A DNA stretch of 63,294 nucleotides, filler included. It is 8 parts of 8 records of this genome, joined end to end, with 100 filler letters (N's around TTAATTAATTAA, not from the genome) between each part and the next. Parts side by side here need not be neighbours in the genome. Positions count along the whole stretch, not along the records: positions 1 to 15,940 come from SRR31147125_66425; positions 16,041 to 26,112 come from SRR31147125_66642; 6 more parts are not named here. One strand, written 5' to 3'. This document shows, one piece after another, positions 10,837-22,860 of the stretch. Under the pieces are notes generated by a model that worked only from the letters and a program-made list of their open reading frames with translations, was not told the origin of the DNA and searched no databases. The position numbers and the translations under genes were made by a program. The first letter of the stretch is position 1, and each line of letters starts with the position of its first letter.

Positions 10837-13010
10837 ATGACCAACCCTATGACAAATGCCGATTCAACAAGTCGTCCTGGACAAACCATTGGAGAACTGG
10901 CGGTTAAACACGGTCTCATCGGGATGCCGGAGTTTGAAAAGGCCATGAAGGCATGTCGTGGGCTTCAAAACCCGGATGAAGCCGTTCCCGAATATCTGAT
11001 GGCCCAGGGGATGATCACGGAAGAAGAGTGCCGGAAACTCGCTGCCATTGCCAAAGCCAAACAAGCCCGGCAATTGGACGTCAATTTTGGCCAAATGGCC
11101 ATTCAAAAAGGCTTTATCACCCCATCGATTCTACAGCTTGCCCTGGATGAGCAGACAACCGAACTAAAAACCAAAAAACGATACACCCTCCTCGGAAATA
11201 TACTGGTAGATGCGGGAATGCTCACCCCGCAGCAGCGGGACATCATCCTGACGGAACAAAATCGATATCGTGATGATGAGTATCCGCCGTTGGACACAAA
11301 ATCCTCAGAGAAAACGCTCCACAGCCCCACCGATACCATGACCGCAGCATCCGGCAGTGTCAAGCCGTCCGATCATCCAACGCCCACCATGCCTCATCCA
11401 AAAAATTATGCCTCTTCAGAGGTATTTCCTTCAGGAATCAAACTGATCATTCAGCAGGACGGCAATGCCGCGTTTCTTCTGAAAACCGATGATTTCAAGT
11501 CCAGCATCTCCATCGGACAAATCAAAGAGGTTCTCGCTTCCCGGAACATTCTTCACGGCGTAGTGGACGACAAGCAGATTCAACACTTTATCGATGCCGA
11601 CATTTTCCATGGAAAAGCGTTCACAATTGCAGAAGGCAATGCCCCAAACCCGACTCAAAATGCCACCATCAAATACTTTTTCACCCATCAACGATTGACC
11701 GCCGGCACCATTCGAGAAGACGGCACCATCGACTTTCGAGAGCGGGGCGACATCCCCCAGGTAAAACAGGGAGATGTATTGGCCGTCAAGAAAGATGCGA
11801 TTGAAGGCAAAGTGGGCAAAAACATCTTCAACGATACCATCCGCGTCCTTCCGGCACGGGATGTTCGGCTGAAGGCGGGAAAGGGCACCTATCTCTCGGC
11901 GGATCGCCTCCAGGTAATTGCTGCGGTTTCCGGCCATCCGAAAATTTCGAGGGACGGCACCATATTTGTCTATGAATCCTTTGTGGTGCAAGGGGATGTG
12001 GATTATGAGACCGGCAACATCGACTATCAGGGAGATGTGGTCATACGAGGATGCATCCAGAGTGGATTCAAAGTCAAAGGGAACAATATAAAGGCGGAAT
12101 CCATTGATGGCGCCACTGTGATTGCCGAGGGTAACATTGCCGTCTCCCAAGGCATCACCGATGCCACCGTTTCCACCCGAGGCTCCCTGGCAGCAAGATT
12201 CATCCAGACCTCCACAATCACCTGCCTGGGGGATCTTGGAACCGATAAAGAGGTGGTGGACTCCCAAATTGAGTGCAGCGGAACCGTGACCGTCAACGGC
12301 GTGGTGATTCATTCCCGGATTTCTGCAAAAATGGGGGTGTATGCCAGGCAAATCGGCATGGAAAAAGCTGCCGCCAGTACCATTCGGGTGGGCATCGACA
12401 GCTTTGCGGTGAAAGAGGCTGAAAGACTTGGGCATTCCATTGAGGAGATCAAGAAGGAAGAGCAGACGCTCATGGACGAACTTGGGAATCTCCATGACGC
12501 CATTCATGCGGCCCAATCAAAAATAGAGCGCATCTCCGTCACCCGAAACCGTTACGACGAAGAGCGAATGGAACTTCTCACCAGAGTGTCTGAGATGGAT
12601 GATACCGAAGGCAACCGGGAAAAGTCAACCCGGATGCAGGCGGAAATCAACCGCCTCATCAAAAGCGGCGATGAGCTCAACCTGACCATTCACCAATGCC
12701 GCGAAACCATCCGAAAAAAACAACAGGAAACGGCGCTTGCAGAAAAGAACATCAAAAAGGAAAGAGATGCCCTGCAAACTCTGATGGATGAAAAACAAAG
12801 CCTCACCCAATGGACGGAAAAAATCCGGGCTTTGCCATGATCAAAGTGGAAGGTAAACTGATGGCAGGCACCAAAGTATTTGGTTGCCACTCGGAGGAGA
12901 CCATCAAAAGCAGTGTCTCTGCCGTGGTACTAAAAGAGGATCTGGTGAGCCGCCCATCCGGACGGGATGGAGATGAGGGACTTTGGAAAATGTACATTAC
13001 CCGATTATGA
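10837..13010 (+). CDS. FapA/DUF342 protein with N-terminal MshEN-like repeats (frameshift near 12820)
   Basis: DGTIDFRE, GDVDYETGNIDYQGDV DUF342 signature, coiled coil; C-terminal IKVEGKLMAGTKV in ORF 12810-13010. Confidence 0.8.
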
Positions 13011-13101
13011 TGCGTTATTCTTGTTGCGATCTTGACACCCAAAGCGCGTACCGGGACTCATACTCACCCTGTCTGTTTAAGAGTCGGGAATCCCATAGAA
13101 C

Positions 13102-14046
13102 TCAGGCCGGGCTTCCCATATCCACACCTGCTGAAGTCTCTTTCCACTCACCGCGCTTCTCGGCGATGATCCCTGCGATCTTCTCATCCTTGGCTTTCCA
13201 CAAATCATTGAGCCATTCACAAAACCGAGCCTTTGCTTCAGCATCATTGAAGTAGTCTCCCCGAATCTCTTCTGAAACGGCAAGGACTTCCACATCCACC
13301 ACAATCTGTTTGATGCGTCCCGACATAAACCCCCAGAAACTGTCTGCGCCGTCGGGATAGACAATGGTGACATCGATAATCTTCCGGATGCAATCGCCCA
13401 TGGCACTCAAAACAAAAGCCACCCCTCCGGCTTTGGGATTGAGAAGATGGGCATAGGGAGACTGCTGACGGGCATGCTTTGCATCCGTAAATCGAGTTCC
13501 CTCTACAAAATTCATCACCGACACCGGCGTTCTCTTGAACTTTTCACACGCCTTCCGGGTGGTTTCCAGATCTTTGCCTTTCAAATGGGGGTTTTTCTCA
13601 AGAAACGCCCGAGAATATCGCTGCATAAAGGGAAAATCAAGCGCCCACCAGGCAAGTCCCAAGATAGGCACCCAAATGAGCTCCTTTTTCAAGAAAAACT
13701 TGAGCATGGGTATTTTTCCTCGAAACACCTTCTGCAACACCAGAATATCCACCCAGGACTGATGGTTGGAGAGTACTAAATACCAATCATCCGGATCCAG
13801 TGCATCCCCTCCACGGACTTGCCACTCAATGCGGTTAAAGAGCCCGGTATTGAGTCCGTTGCCCCCCACCCAATTCATAGCAATAAAAATGAGTACACGA
13901 TCGTAAAGCGGAACCAGGGAAGGTATGGGAAGCAACAGTTTGAACAGGGCCACGGAAAACAACACGAAACAGTGCAGAACCGTATTCAACACATACATCA
14001 AAAAGGATGCCGTCCCTTTCACGAAACCGGGTAAGAAGTTGAGCAT
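13102..14046 (-). CDS. yihG: PlsC-family acyltransferase, YihG type
   Basis: NHQSWVD (HX4D), FFLKKEL, FVEGTRF motifs. Confidence 0.88.
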   Translation of the reverse strand: MLNFLPGFVKGTASFLMYVLNTVLHCFVLFSVALFKLLLPIPSLVPLYDRVLIFIAMNWVGGNGLNTGLFNRIEWQVRGGDALDPDDWYLVLSNHQSWVDILVLQKVFRGKIPMLKFFLKKELIWVPILGLAWWALDFPFMQRYSRAFLEKNPHLKGKDLETTRKACEKFKRTPVSVMNFVEGTRFTDAKHARQQSPYAHLLNPKAGGVAFVLSAMGDCIRKIIDVTIVYPDGADSFWGFMSGRIKQIVVDVEVLAVSEEIRGDYFNDAEAKARFCEWLNDLWKAKDEKIAGIIAEKRGEWKETSAGVDMGSPA

Positions 14047-15757
14047 TTTTTCTTTTCCTCTTTATTTATATATTTTTTAACAGTACGTCGATCCAGGCCG
14101 GTTTTGCGGGCAACCGCTTCATATGTGCCGTGGACCTCGTACAGATACCTGCAATATCCGGATAACAGCTCTGCTGTATTGAGCGCACCGGTTTCAATAT
14201 CATGAACCCATCGCTCAAAAGGTTGTAATTGCTTGTAATCTTCTTGATCATGTTCTCGACAGCTGCCATTTTCACTGTGCCCATCTCGACCATGATCCCC
14301 AGCACCAGCATGGTCACGATCTCCCTCAAGAGCACGATCATGGCCATGCCGAATTTGCCCGGCATGGTTGACATTGGCATCACCGGAATGCTCACCGATG
14401 AAAGACGCCCCGTTTGATCGCCCTTCAGGTTGCGAGGCATTTAAATATCCAGTGGCATCGACCTGTTTCAGCCGGGGATGTCCCTCGTAACTTCGACGCA
14501 AAATGATCCGTTTGACGCACTGTTCCAGTTCCCGGACATTCCCCGGCCAGTGATAATCCTTTCCCGGTTGTCTGTCAATAATCCGAAGAAGCTTTTCAAC
14601 CAGTGCGTCTGATCGTCGACCCAGGATCCGCTCCACGGTGAATGAGAGAAGATCCATAAGTTCTTGGGGGTTTTGTTGAATCCTCAATCGGAGGGGCGGC
14701 ACCTCGAACATATCCGAACACAATCGATAATAAAAATCGTCTCGAAATACGTTTCCCGCCACAATATCTTTCATGGGACGATTGGTGGCGGCGATGATTC
14801 TCCCCGAAACCGAGACTGAGCATGGCTTCCTACGGGAGTGAAAATCCGCTCTTGAAGCACATGGAGCAACTTGATCTGCACATGCCCCGGTACCTCACCG
14901 ATTTCATCGAGAAAAATGGAGCCATGGCTGCTGCAGTGCTCGAACACCCCCTTGTGATCCTCCACTGCCCCGGTAAAGGCCCCTTTCTTATGCCCGAACA
15001 GCTCCGACTCTAAAAGCGTTTCCGGAAACTGGGAAAGATTGATGGGAATAAACGCTTTGGTAAAGCTCTCTTTAAAGCACCCTTTTTTCTCATCAAAGGG
15101 GATGTATCCGCTTCTGCCGATGGCCATGGCCGCAGTTCCCTTTCCCGTGCCGGTCTCTCCGACAATCAACGTGGAAAAATCCTCCATCCGGTTCCACAGC
15201 ACTTTGTCGTAAAGCTGGATATCATTGGTAAAGACATTGTTCCATAAATGGCGTTTGAGCTCTTTCATACAAGGGCTGGCGCCCACAAGAAACTTGGAGA
15301 TAAAAAAGAATGCACGGCGCAACTGATATGAAAACGAAAAATAGTGGAGAAAAAGGCTCTCCGGAATCCCCCGCCGGTGAAGGATGGCCATGGCCTCTTC
15401 AGCAAAGGATACAGGTACTGACACCTCCCCGGATTTAAGTTGCTCCATGATAAGCCGGTCGAATCGATCCCGGAATTTATGAAAAATATCGAAAAGAAAC
15501 ACCACCTGGATGATTTCACGATCCCTGCCGTGGAACGCCGCCACTGTGGCCCGCCCGTCTCTCTCCAGCTGTCTGATTCTGGCATCCACCTCTTGGATGC
15601 AGCGATCGGCACTCTCTCTTCTCGGAACATCGGGAAAGAGTCCGGCGATCTTCCGATCCAACTTCTCCCGAAGTTCGCCAAATGGATTGGCAAACGCGGC
15701 ATGGTAGACCGTCCTGAAAAATCGTTTCTCTTCACTGTTCAGCGATTTCGTTTTCAA
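14019..15757 (-). CDS. Sigma54-dependent transcriptional activator (frameshift near 14803)
   Basis: GETGTGK, GAFTGA, FLDEIG, WPGNVREL and C-terminal Fis-type HTH. Confidence 0.9.
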
Positions 15758-15940
15758 TACTCACTCTTTAGTTTTAACACTGTTCACACCAAATGTGCAA
15801 TCAATGAGCAGTCCGGGCCATTGGTGGCACGAACAATGAACACAGAATGCACAGTACATCCAAAGAGTAGCAAAGAGACCATTGAAAATCAATATTCGAA
15901 TTTCATTTTTATTACAATGCGTTATCAGTTTTTTTAAAAA

Positions 15941-16040
15941 NNNNNNNNNNNNNNNNNNNNNNNNNNNNNNNNNNNNNNNNNNNNTTAATTAATTAANNNN
16001 NNNNNNNNNNNNNNNNNNNNNNNNNNNNNNNNNNNNNNNN
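15941..16040. other. Artificial contig linker
   Basis: N44-TTAATTAATTAA-N44, with stops in all six frames. Confidence 0.99.
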
Positions 16041-16466
16041 TTTTTTGGAACGGCTTTCATTGACAAATTTACGCAGGTTTTCTTTAAAAGTCGTTTCAGG
16101 TTCGGTATAGCGGGTTGAATCGTAGGCTTTTTCGTCATTATGACTAAACTGGATAAAAACATAATCCCCTGCCCGAAGAGAATCCATTACGGTCTGCCAG
16201 CGACCTTCATCGATAAAACTTTTCGAGCTACGACCATTGCGGGCAAAATTAAGAATATTAACATCCTTCTGGAAAAACTGCGGTAAAGCCTGTCCCCATC
16301 CGGTTTCCGGAAATCGTTCCGCTTTTTTATCCGCCATTGTTGAGTCGCCGATCATCAATATTCGATAACTTTTATCAGTACAACTGGACAATAGCATAGC
16401 CGCTAAAAAGAGGAATGACATTAAACGCAACAACCTAATTTGATGTGAAATAAATCGTGTTCTCAT
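16041..16466 (-). CDS. SGNH/GDSL esterase lipoprotein (rhamnogalacturonan acetylesterase-like), 3'-truncated
   Basis: LSSC lipobox, GDST, GWGQ, GRSS, FSHND. Confidence 0.88.
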
Positions 16467-16583
16467 TTTTAGTTCCTTATTATTCTCGTTGAATTACCTG
16501 TGGATTGCCTTTTCAAAGGTCCCGATTTCCTGGAGAGGATGTAATTAACTTCCTGAACAATAAAGTTATAAAAATCCATATTT

Positions 16584-17279
16584 TTAATAGCCACTCTGCA
16601 CAGCTCGCTGTGCAGCAGCTATGGCAGCCTGCGCCTTCAGCATAACCCTGTAGGACTCGCGTTTTAGAATATATTCATTTTCTCTGGAGGTGGATTTCTG
16701 CCAGAAGGATTGTTGTGAATTCATGGCTTTTCTCCAGGCCTCGTCAGAACCGACAAAGCCTTGAAGTTTGGCGTTACTGATTTTCAATTTCCCGGTATGT
16801 TTGGTGAGAATATACCATTCAAAGCTGGAATGCAGGAAATCCGCTTTTTTTGTTTCCTGATCGATGTTTTTAGTGCGGCTATAATCATTACAAAAATAAG
16901 CCACTGCTTTTTTGGCAAAATTGGCATCCTACAATTTTTGCAGAATTTAACTCACAACGACAACAGGCGGACAGATTCCGGTCTGTTTATGGTATTTAAG
17001 TAAGTAGATGATCAATGCATCGGCCGCACTGAATTTTCCCGGGCCGGATTTGACGCGCGAGCCAACTGTAAATTCGGGCAGAGACATGCTGTTATCGTCG
17101 ATAACCTGTTTTGCCATGGTGATATCTGTGGCTGTCACTTTTATGTCAGGTCGTTTTATTTTCTGTGCCTGTGTCGGGCTTATAATCATGAAAAGGAAAA
17201 AGACACCTGAGAGGATAAATAATTTTCCAAATGCTTGTTTCCAATAACAGATACAACAGTGCTTTGTTTTCATAAACAT
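16584..17279 (-). pseudogene. Secreted hypothetical protein interrupted by two in-frame stops
   Basis: ORFs 16947-17279 and 16584-16904 are in the same frame, separated by TAA (16947-49) and TAG (16929-31); N-terminal signal peptide. Confidence 0.55.
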
Positions 17280-17489
17280 GGTGTTAAACCTTCCCTATTA
17301 TGATTGCTAAATTTTTGGGATGGTAACGTTTAATTGTAACACAAAAAAGATATAAAAACAATAAAAAGCCCAGATTATCAGAAACATAGAGAGCATTTTA
17401 ACATGTAAATTTAAAAATAATTCGAATATTATGTCATTTTTTTCATAACCGGTTCCCTGACTCAACTGGTCATGCATTATTGACTTTTA

Positions 17490-18674
17490 TTAATAGGAAT
17501 GACCAAACGCTTTTCTTATTTCATGTTTATTTTTATTATTGAGCAGACCAAAAGATAACCGCACTGACAAAACATTTCCTGATAAATCACTGCCCATTTT
17601 TGTTTGATAATCTACAAAATTATATCGAATTTGTAATCCAATATATCTACTGCTATATTTGTTATAATAATATCTGATCCCAAAAGCCGTGTTAAAATTT
17701 GTTGTCTCTATTCTCTTGACTTTTTGTCCTTTATCATTATCCTGGCTTACTGGTATTAAAGCATCCCAGGCAATGCCTCCCAGAACGTTAAAAGCCACAT
17801 GATTTGTCCTTAACAATTCATAACCACATTCAGCACCAACATAGGAGTCCTGAAATGAACTGGTTGTTTTTAACTTTCCTTCGTATTCAATGGAATATGG
17901 ATTTTTTGAGTCAAGGAAACGAACAGCTAAGGCAAGGTCAAGAAGGAATTTATTTAGTTTAATGCCAATTGTAGCACCTAATTGTGGATGATTACCCAAT
18001 AATTTATTATTACCTTTGGGAATCCAGGTGCCAGTGAACAGGGAGATATTTCCCTCCAGTTCCCGGGTTTTTCTTTCGATAAAATTATCACAATAATATT
18101 TTAGATCAGTGCCATCATATCTTCCACTTTTTAACTCATAAAAAAAGTTATCAAAATTATATTGATAAAAATGACAAAACAAATAGGATACGTCACCTTC
18201 TTTAACTTTGGTCTGCAATAAATCGCAAGCAAGTTTTGCTGTAAAAAGATTATAGTTATGGCCAATAAAGGTTTTATATCTTACACCATGTCCGAATGAG
18301 AAATAAGTTACAAGCCAATCCGATTCCTTTTGACGTATTTCATTTTCTTTTCTTTTTTTAAATACATCAAATATTCAGCAATGTTCTCATCATACAGTTC
18401 CTCTGAAAAACCATCATTATAAATGGCATAAAGTATTTTAAATCTGATGAGTGGTTCAATAATTCCACTCTTTTCTTCCCAGTAATTTAAAATTGTATTT
18501 ACAGAATCCAATTTATTTTCAGTAAAATATTTTTGGATTAACCTGGACGAGTTATTACAAATATCTTCCGGCCATAATGTATTTTCAAACATGAGGCTGT
18601 CCAGTTTAGTATATGTTTGAGCAGAAAGTATATGAGGTAAGAAAAGTACCAGAAGAGTCACTATTTTTTTTCAT
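17490..18674 (-). CDS. Hypothetical exported protein with probable C-terminal outer-membrane beta-barrel (homopolymer frameshifts near 18665 and 18355)
   Basis: Signal peptide; the frame of 17490-18218 is open back to about 18355; alternating beta-strand pattern. Confidence 0.6.
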
Positions 18675-18961
18675 TTTAAATCCGTATTAATGGGTTGGTA
18701 ATAGAAAGGTTTACCGGAATCTTTTCAAAGGAGAATACCGGGAGAAAGCTAAAGACAGAACCGTTGAAATTCCGAAAGCCACAATTTAGGCGCAGATTCA
18801 TTTTCTGTACATTTATTCCTTACTAAATTTTTGCATTGAACCTTTTTTCATCTTTAAATCAATAATCGCAATAAATGTAAACGGCGCTAATATATGTCCT
18901 CGTTTTTGCTTCAGTAAACTCTTAACATTAAAACTATTATTAACAACATCTTAACTCGACA

Positions 18962-19849
18962 TTACCGTAAAAATTGAGCTTTAATGAGCTCACTTTTGAT
19001 TTTTTCCACGTCTTGCGGTACAGGAACTCCAATTGGACTTTTAGCCTTGCCCACATCCCGGCTAAGAAGATTTAGTGCTGCTTTAAGCTTGCTGGGAAAA
19101 GCTTTACCCTCAATTGTTCTCCATACAGGCAGAATACGATAATGTATGTTTCTTGCCAGGTCAAGATCACCAGCCTTTACCGCATTCCATTGTTGAACCA
19201 AAAGTTCAGGAAAAAGACTGAGTATGGCAGAAATCGCTCCAACAGCTCCCAAAAGGTATGAAACATATAATAAATCATCCTGGGCAGAAAAGACAGACAC
19301 CTTGTCACCACAAACAGAAATCATATCTGTCAACGCATGAATTCCGCCATAACTTTGTTTAATTCCGATGACAAGTTCGATTTCACTGATTTTTTTCATT
19401 AATTGAGGAGAAATGGGATTGTTCTGTATCACATTGTAAACAATGATGGGCAGGCCAACTTTTTGCGCCAGGGTATAATAGAATTCGTAATTATGATCAT
19501 CAAATGCGCCGAAATAAAATATTGGCGTGACCATGAGCACATCTGCGCCTCTTTCTTTTGCGGCCAAACCTGCTTTTATGGCATCCTGTGTTGAATTCCG
19601 AATGATGCCACATACAACCGGGACGTTTTTTGTATTTTCTTCCCGGATAATCTCGATCCCCCGGGCCAGCTCCATTTCACTTAATACAGCGCCTTCCCCG
19701 GTACTGCCACCAAAACTAATCCCATGTACATTCGCATTAAGCATATAACGTACTTCCCGTCTCAGGGCTTTTTCATTCAATTCCTCGTTTTGCAAAAATG
19801 GTGTTACAATAGGTGGAATAATACCTTTAACCACAGGTTGAGTCATCAC
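18962..19849 (-). CDS. DHDPS/NAL-family aldolase
   Basis: GSTGE, YN, and GIKQS Schiff-base lysine. Confidence 0.88.
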   Translation of the reverse strand: MMTQPVVKGIIPPIVTPFLQNEELNEKALRREVRYMLNANVHGISFGGSTGEGAVLSEMELARGIEIIREENTKNVPVVCGIIRNSTQDAIKAGLAAKERGADVLMVTPIFYFGAFDDHNYEFYYTLAQKVGLPIIVYNVIQNNPISPQLMKKISEIELVIGIKQSYGGIHALTDMISVCGDKVSVFSAQDDLLYVSYLLGAVGAISAILSLFPELLVQQWNAVKAGDLDLARNIHYRILPVWRTIEGKAFPSKLKAALNLLSRDVGKAKSPIGVPVPQDVEKIKSELIKAQFLR

Positions 19850-19877
19850 TTGATCCTTTCATTTTGATCACACCGTA

Positions 19878-21167
19878 TTATTTAACAAGCAAATCAGGCA
19901 ACCAGGTAACCAAACCTGGAAAAACAATACAAAGCAATACCACTCCTAACATCACCAGCAGGTAAGACCATACAATCCCAAATGTTTCCTTTAGCGATAT
20001 GTTGGCTATACCACAATCCAGGCAGAGAATTAAGGATACGGGTGGACTTATAGTTCCGATAAGTGCTCCCATCACCAAAACTACCCCAAGATGAACCGGA
20101 TCGATACCGACGGACATACCAACTTCATATAATGGACTTGCCAGCATAATAAGTAATGGAGTTGTATCGATGGCCATTCCCAAGATAAAAACAATTATCG
20201 TTATCAAAAGAAGCACGTACGTAGGATTGGAGGTAATGGCATTGATCCCGGCAATTATTTTAGTTGTAAAATCTTCTCGTACCAAAACCTCTGCAAACAC
20301 GGTCGAAATCGCAATGACTGCCCAGATTACTGTTGTCGTATATGCTGCACTTTTTATCGAGTTTACTATTTTGGAAAAGGACAATTCATGGTAAGCAAGT
20401 CCGGCAACAATCAATGCTGCCGCGCAAGCAAGCACACCAGCCTCGGTAGGAGTGGCAATGCCACCGACTAATCCGACAACAATGATGATGGGAACCAAAG
20501 AAGCCGGCGCAGTTTCTATTCCGGTTTTGAATATCTTTTTCGGTGAACCCATTTTCTTTCTTGGATTTGTATATCCCCTTTTCAGCACCCAATAATGGGT
20601 AATACCCATAAGAGCAAGGCCCAGTATCAATCCGGGAATTGCACCCCCTAGAAATAACCTAGCAACTGACGTATTCGTAAGAAATGCATACAGGATCATC
20701 AGAATACTTGGCGGAATAATAGGACCTATACAGGATGACGTGGCTGTAACGACAACACTGAAATCTTTGTCATATTTTGCCTCAATCATTGCCGGAATCA
20801 TGAGACCTCCGATTGCGGCACTGTCAGCGGTCACCGAGGCTTGAATTCCTGCGAAGAGCATACTTACTAATATGTTTACCTGAGCCAATCCACCTCTGAT
20901 ATGTCCAATCAAAAGACTGCTAAATTGAATAAGCTTTTGAACCAGGCCGCACCGGGCTAATATTTCCGCCGCTAAAAGAAAAAATGGAATGGCAGCAAGC
21001 ACGAATGAATCAACACCTTTGAACATTCGGGCAGGCAGCAAAGCCAGGTTCACATTGCTTTGATCAATAAGAATAACTGTCGCAGCAATCCCTATGCTGT
21101 ACACCAGTGGAATCCCCAGGATAATCAAAACAAACATTATCAGAAAGAGCAGGAGAATGGTCATCAT
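19878..21167 (-). CDS. dctM: TRAP transporter large permease
   Basis: AIPFF, IIPPSI, TPTEA motifs; ATGA overlap with dctQ places the start at 21167. Confidence 0.9.
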   Translation of the reverse strand: MMTILLLFLIMFVLIILGIPLVYSIGIAATVILIDQSNVNLALLPARMFKGVDSFVLAAIPFFLLAAEILARCGLVQKLIQFSSLLIGHIRGGLAQVNILVSMLFAGIQASVTADSAAIGGLMIPAMIEAKYDKDFSVVVTATSSCIGPIIPPSILMILYAFLTNTSVARLFLGGAIPGLILGLALMGITHYWVLKRGYTNPRKKMGSPKKIFKTGIETAPASLVPIIIVVGLVGGIATPTEAGVLACAAALIVAGLAYHELSFSKIVNSIKSAAYTTTVIWAVIAISTVFAEVLVREDFTTKIIAGINAITSNPTYVLLLITIIVFILGMAIDTTPLLIMLASPLYEVGMSVGIDPVHLGVVLVMGALIGTISPPVSLILCLDCGIANISLKETFGIVWSYLLVMLGVVLLCIVFPGLVTWLPDLLVK

Positions 21168-21664
21168 TTCATTTTTACCTTTTCTATTTTCCTTAGCCTG
21201 TGAAATATCAGAAAGAGATGCTCGACAAGTACTAAAAATAAGCCGACAGGAATAACAATGTAGACGATACCCATTGGTAGCCACCTGAAGGAATCCGTAC
21301 TGTACAACATTGTTGTTGGAAGATATTTTATAGATCCCCAAATAATAATACAGGCAAAAAGAATCGTTAAAACATTATTGAACAATTCGAACACCAATTT
21401 CATCTTACCAGTATATTTGCTCGTAAGGACATCGACAACAAAATGTGAGCCTTTCCGATCATTCAAATGCCATAACAAAAATACAATCCAGATAAATGAA
21501 TATCGGCTAAATTCTCCAACCCACATCCATGGAGCACTTGTATTTGTATATCGAAAAAAGATATTCAATATCTGTACAACAACGACAATAATAAATATAA
21601 AAACCACAAAGGTTTCTATTACTAATTTAGTAAAATCCTGGTAGTTAAAATCTTTCATCTTCAT
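21164..21664 (-). CDS. dctQ: TRAP transporter small permease
   Basis: Four TM segments, FFRY..W.GEFSRY, HFVVD. Confidence 0.88.
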   Translation of the reverse strand: MKMKDFNYQDFTKLVIETFVVFIFIIVVVVQILNIFFRYTNTSAPWMWVGEFSRYSFIWIVFLLWHLNDRKGSHFVVDVLTSKYTGKMKLVFELFNNVLTILFACIIIWGSIKYLPTTMLYSTDSFRWLPMGIVYIVIPVGLFLVLVEHLFLIFHRLRKIEKVKMK

Positions 21665-21747
21665 ATGTTAAAGTGGCTTTCTGTTAAGCTAGCTCATAAT
21701 TCAGAATTAATTCTATCAAATGTACTGTTTTCTTTTCATCTTTATAT

Positions 21748-22860
21748 TTACATCAGAGACCTTCCGGTTCGTTCTTCTACATATTTGATCCAGTTTTTAT
21801 AAAACTCGTAAACCTCGGGCCCCTTATTTTCCATATACTCTTTCCTGAATGTGGGCACTTGATTATACAGAAGAGACAAATCTAAATCCTCATGTTCAAC
21901 GAAAGTAACCCCTGTTTTAATCATTTCCTTTTTATATTCATTGTATTGTTTTTCTATTTCTACAAGATTATATTCCTCACTTTCGGTACACACATTTAAA
22001 AATATTTCTCTCAGGTCAGGCGGCAAACCTTCCAGCCACTTTTTTGAAGTCAGCATAAAACTTTCACTGGAAACCAACCTTGTATCCAGGAAACATTTTA
22101 GTACTTCATGCCAATTTGCTGCAGCTGCATTTGTCACGGCTGCTACCACGCCATCACACACCCCTGTTTTAAATGCCATATAAGCGTCTGCATAAGGCAT
22201 GGGATTTGGTATAGCCCCATAGAGTTTTGTAATCTCGATCCAAAATTCAGCATTCACAGATCTGAACTTGGCTCCTTTAATAGCATCTAAAGAGGTGACA
22301 GGTTTCTTATACCAGACGCCCCAATTATCACGGATATCCAAACCAACCGGATAAAAACCTTTTCGAGCTGCAATTTTAATAAATTCAGGCCAGTAGCCTT
22401 TAATAACCTCTCTTGCCTCTTCCCTGCTTTGCCATTCATATAAGGGAAGTTCGACAACATTTGCTTCAGGGCAATAGTGATAAAAGTAGCTGCCAGCACC
22501 AGACATTAATTCCAGGTTTCCCAGCAAAAGGTCTTCCAATTGCTCCTTTTCTCCTCCAGCAATTCCACCGTGAAAAACCTGGCATTGAAAACGATTACCG
22601 CTTCTGGTTTCAAGGTTCTGTGCTATCCAGTCCAACCTTTTACCAAGATAATGATCTTTACTAAACAGGACAGCCATTCTCACTTTGACGGGATTGGAAT
22701 CTGTTATGGATTTTTGATCATCATTTTGTTGAGAGCAATTGTTTAACATTAAAATAAAGACTGAAAGGATACCGAGAAAAGGTCTAAGAAGAGAGTGGTA
22801 CAAATTGAAACGTTTTTTGCAAACACACCATATTTGTTGAATCGATTTAAGCATAAACAT
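21748..22860 (-). CDS. dctP: TRAP solute-binding protein
   Basis: GAKFRS with the conserved carboxylate-binding Arg, PMPYADAYMAFKTGVCDG. Confidence 0.88.
   Translation of the reverse strand: MFMLKSIQQIWCVCKKRFNLYHSLLRPFLGILSVFILMLNNCSQQNDDQKSITDSNPVKVRMAVLFSKDHYLGKRLDWIAQNLETRSGNRFQCQVFHGGIAGGEKEQLEDLLLGNLELMSGAGSYFYHYCPEANVVELPLYEWQSREEAREVIKGYWPEFIKIAARKGFYPVGLDIRDNWGVWYKKPVTSLDAIKGAKFRSVNAEFWIEITKLYGAIPNPMPYADAYMAFKTGVCDGVVAAVTNAAAANWHEVLKCFLDTRLVSSESFMLTSKKWLEGLPPDLREIFLNVCTESEEYNLVEIEKQYNEYKKEMIKTGVTFVEHEDLDLSLLYNQVPTFRKEYMENKGPEVYEFYKNWIKYVEERTGRSLM

Noticed and set aside
11431-12516. 361-aa antisense ORF and many other shadow ORFs
   Set aside because: They lie opposite well-supported genes and show no motifs or RBS.
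15824-15840. TGGCACG as a sigma54 promoter
   Set aside because: The -12 position reads ATGA rather than TTGC.
16929-16949. Alternative genetic code (TAA/TAG read as Gln)
   Set aside because: Other long genes on this contig have no internal stops and terminate at TAA.
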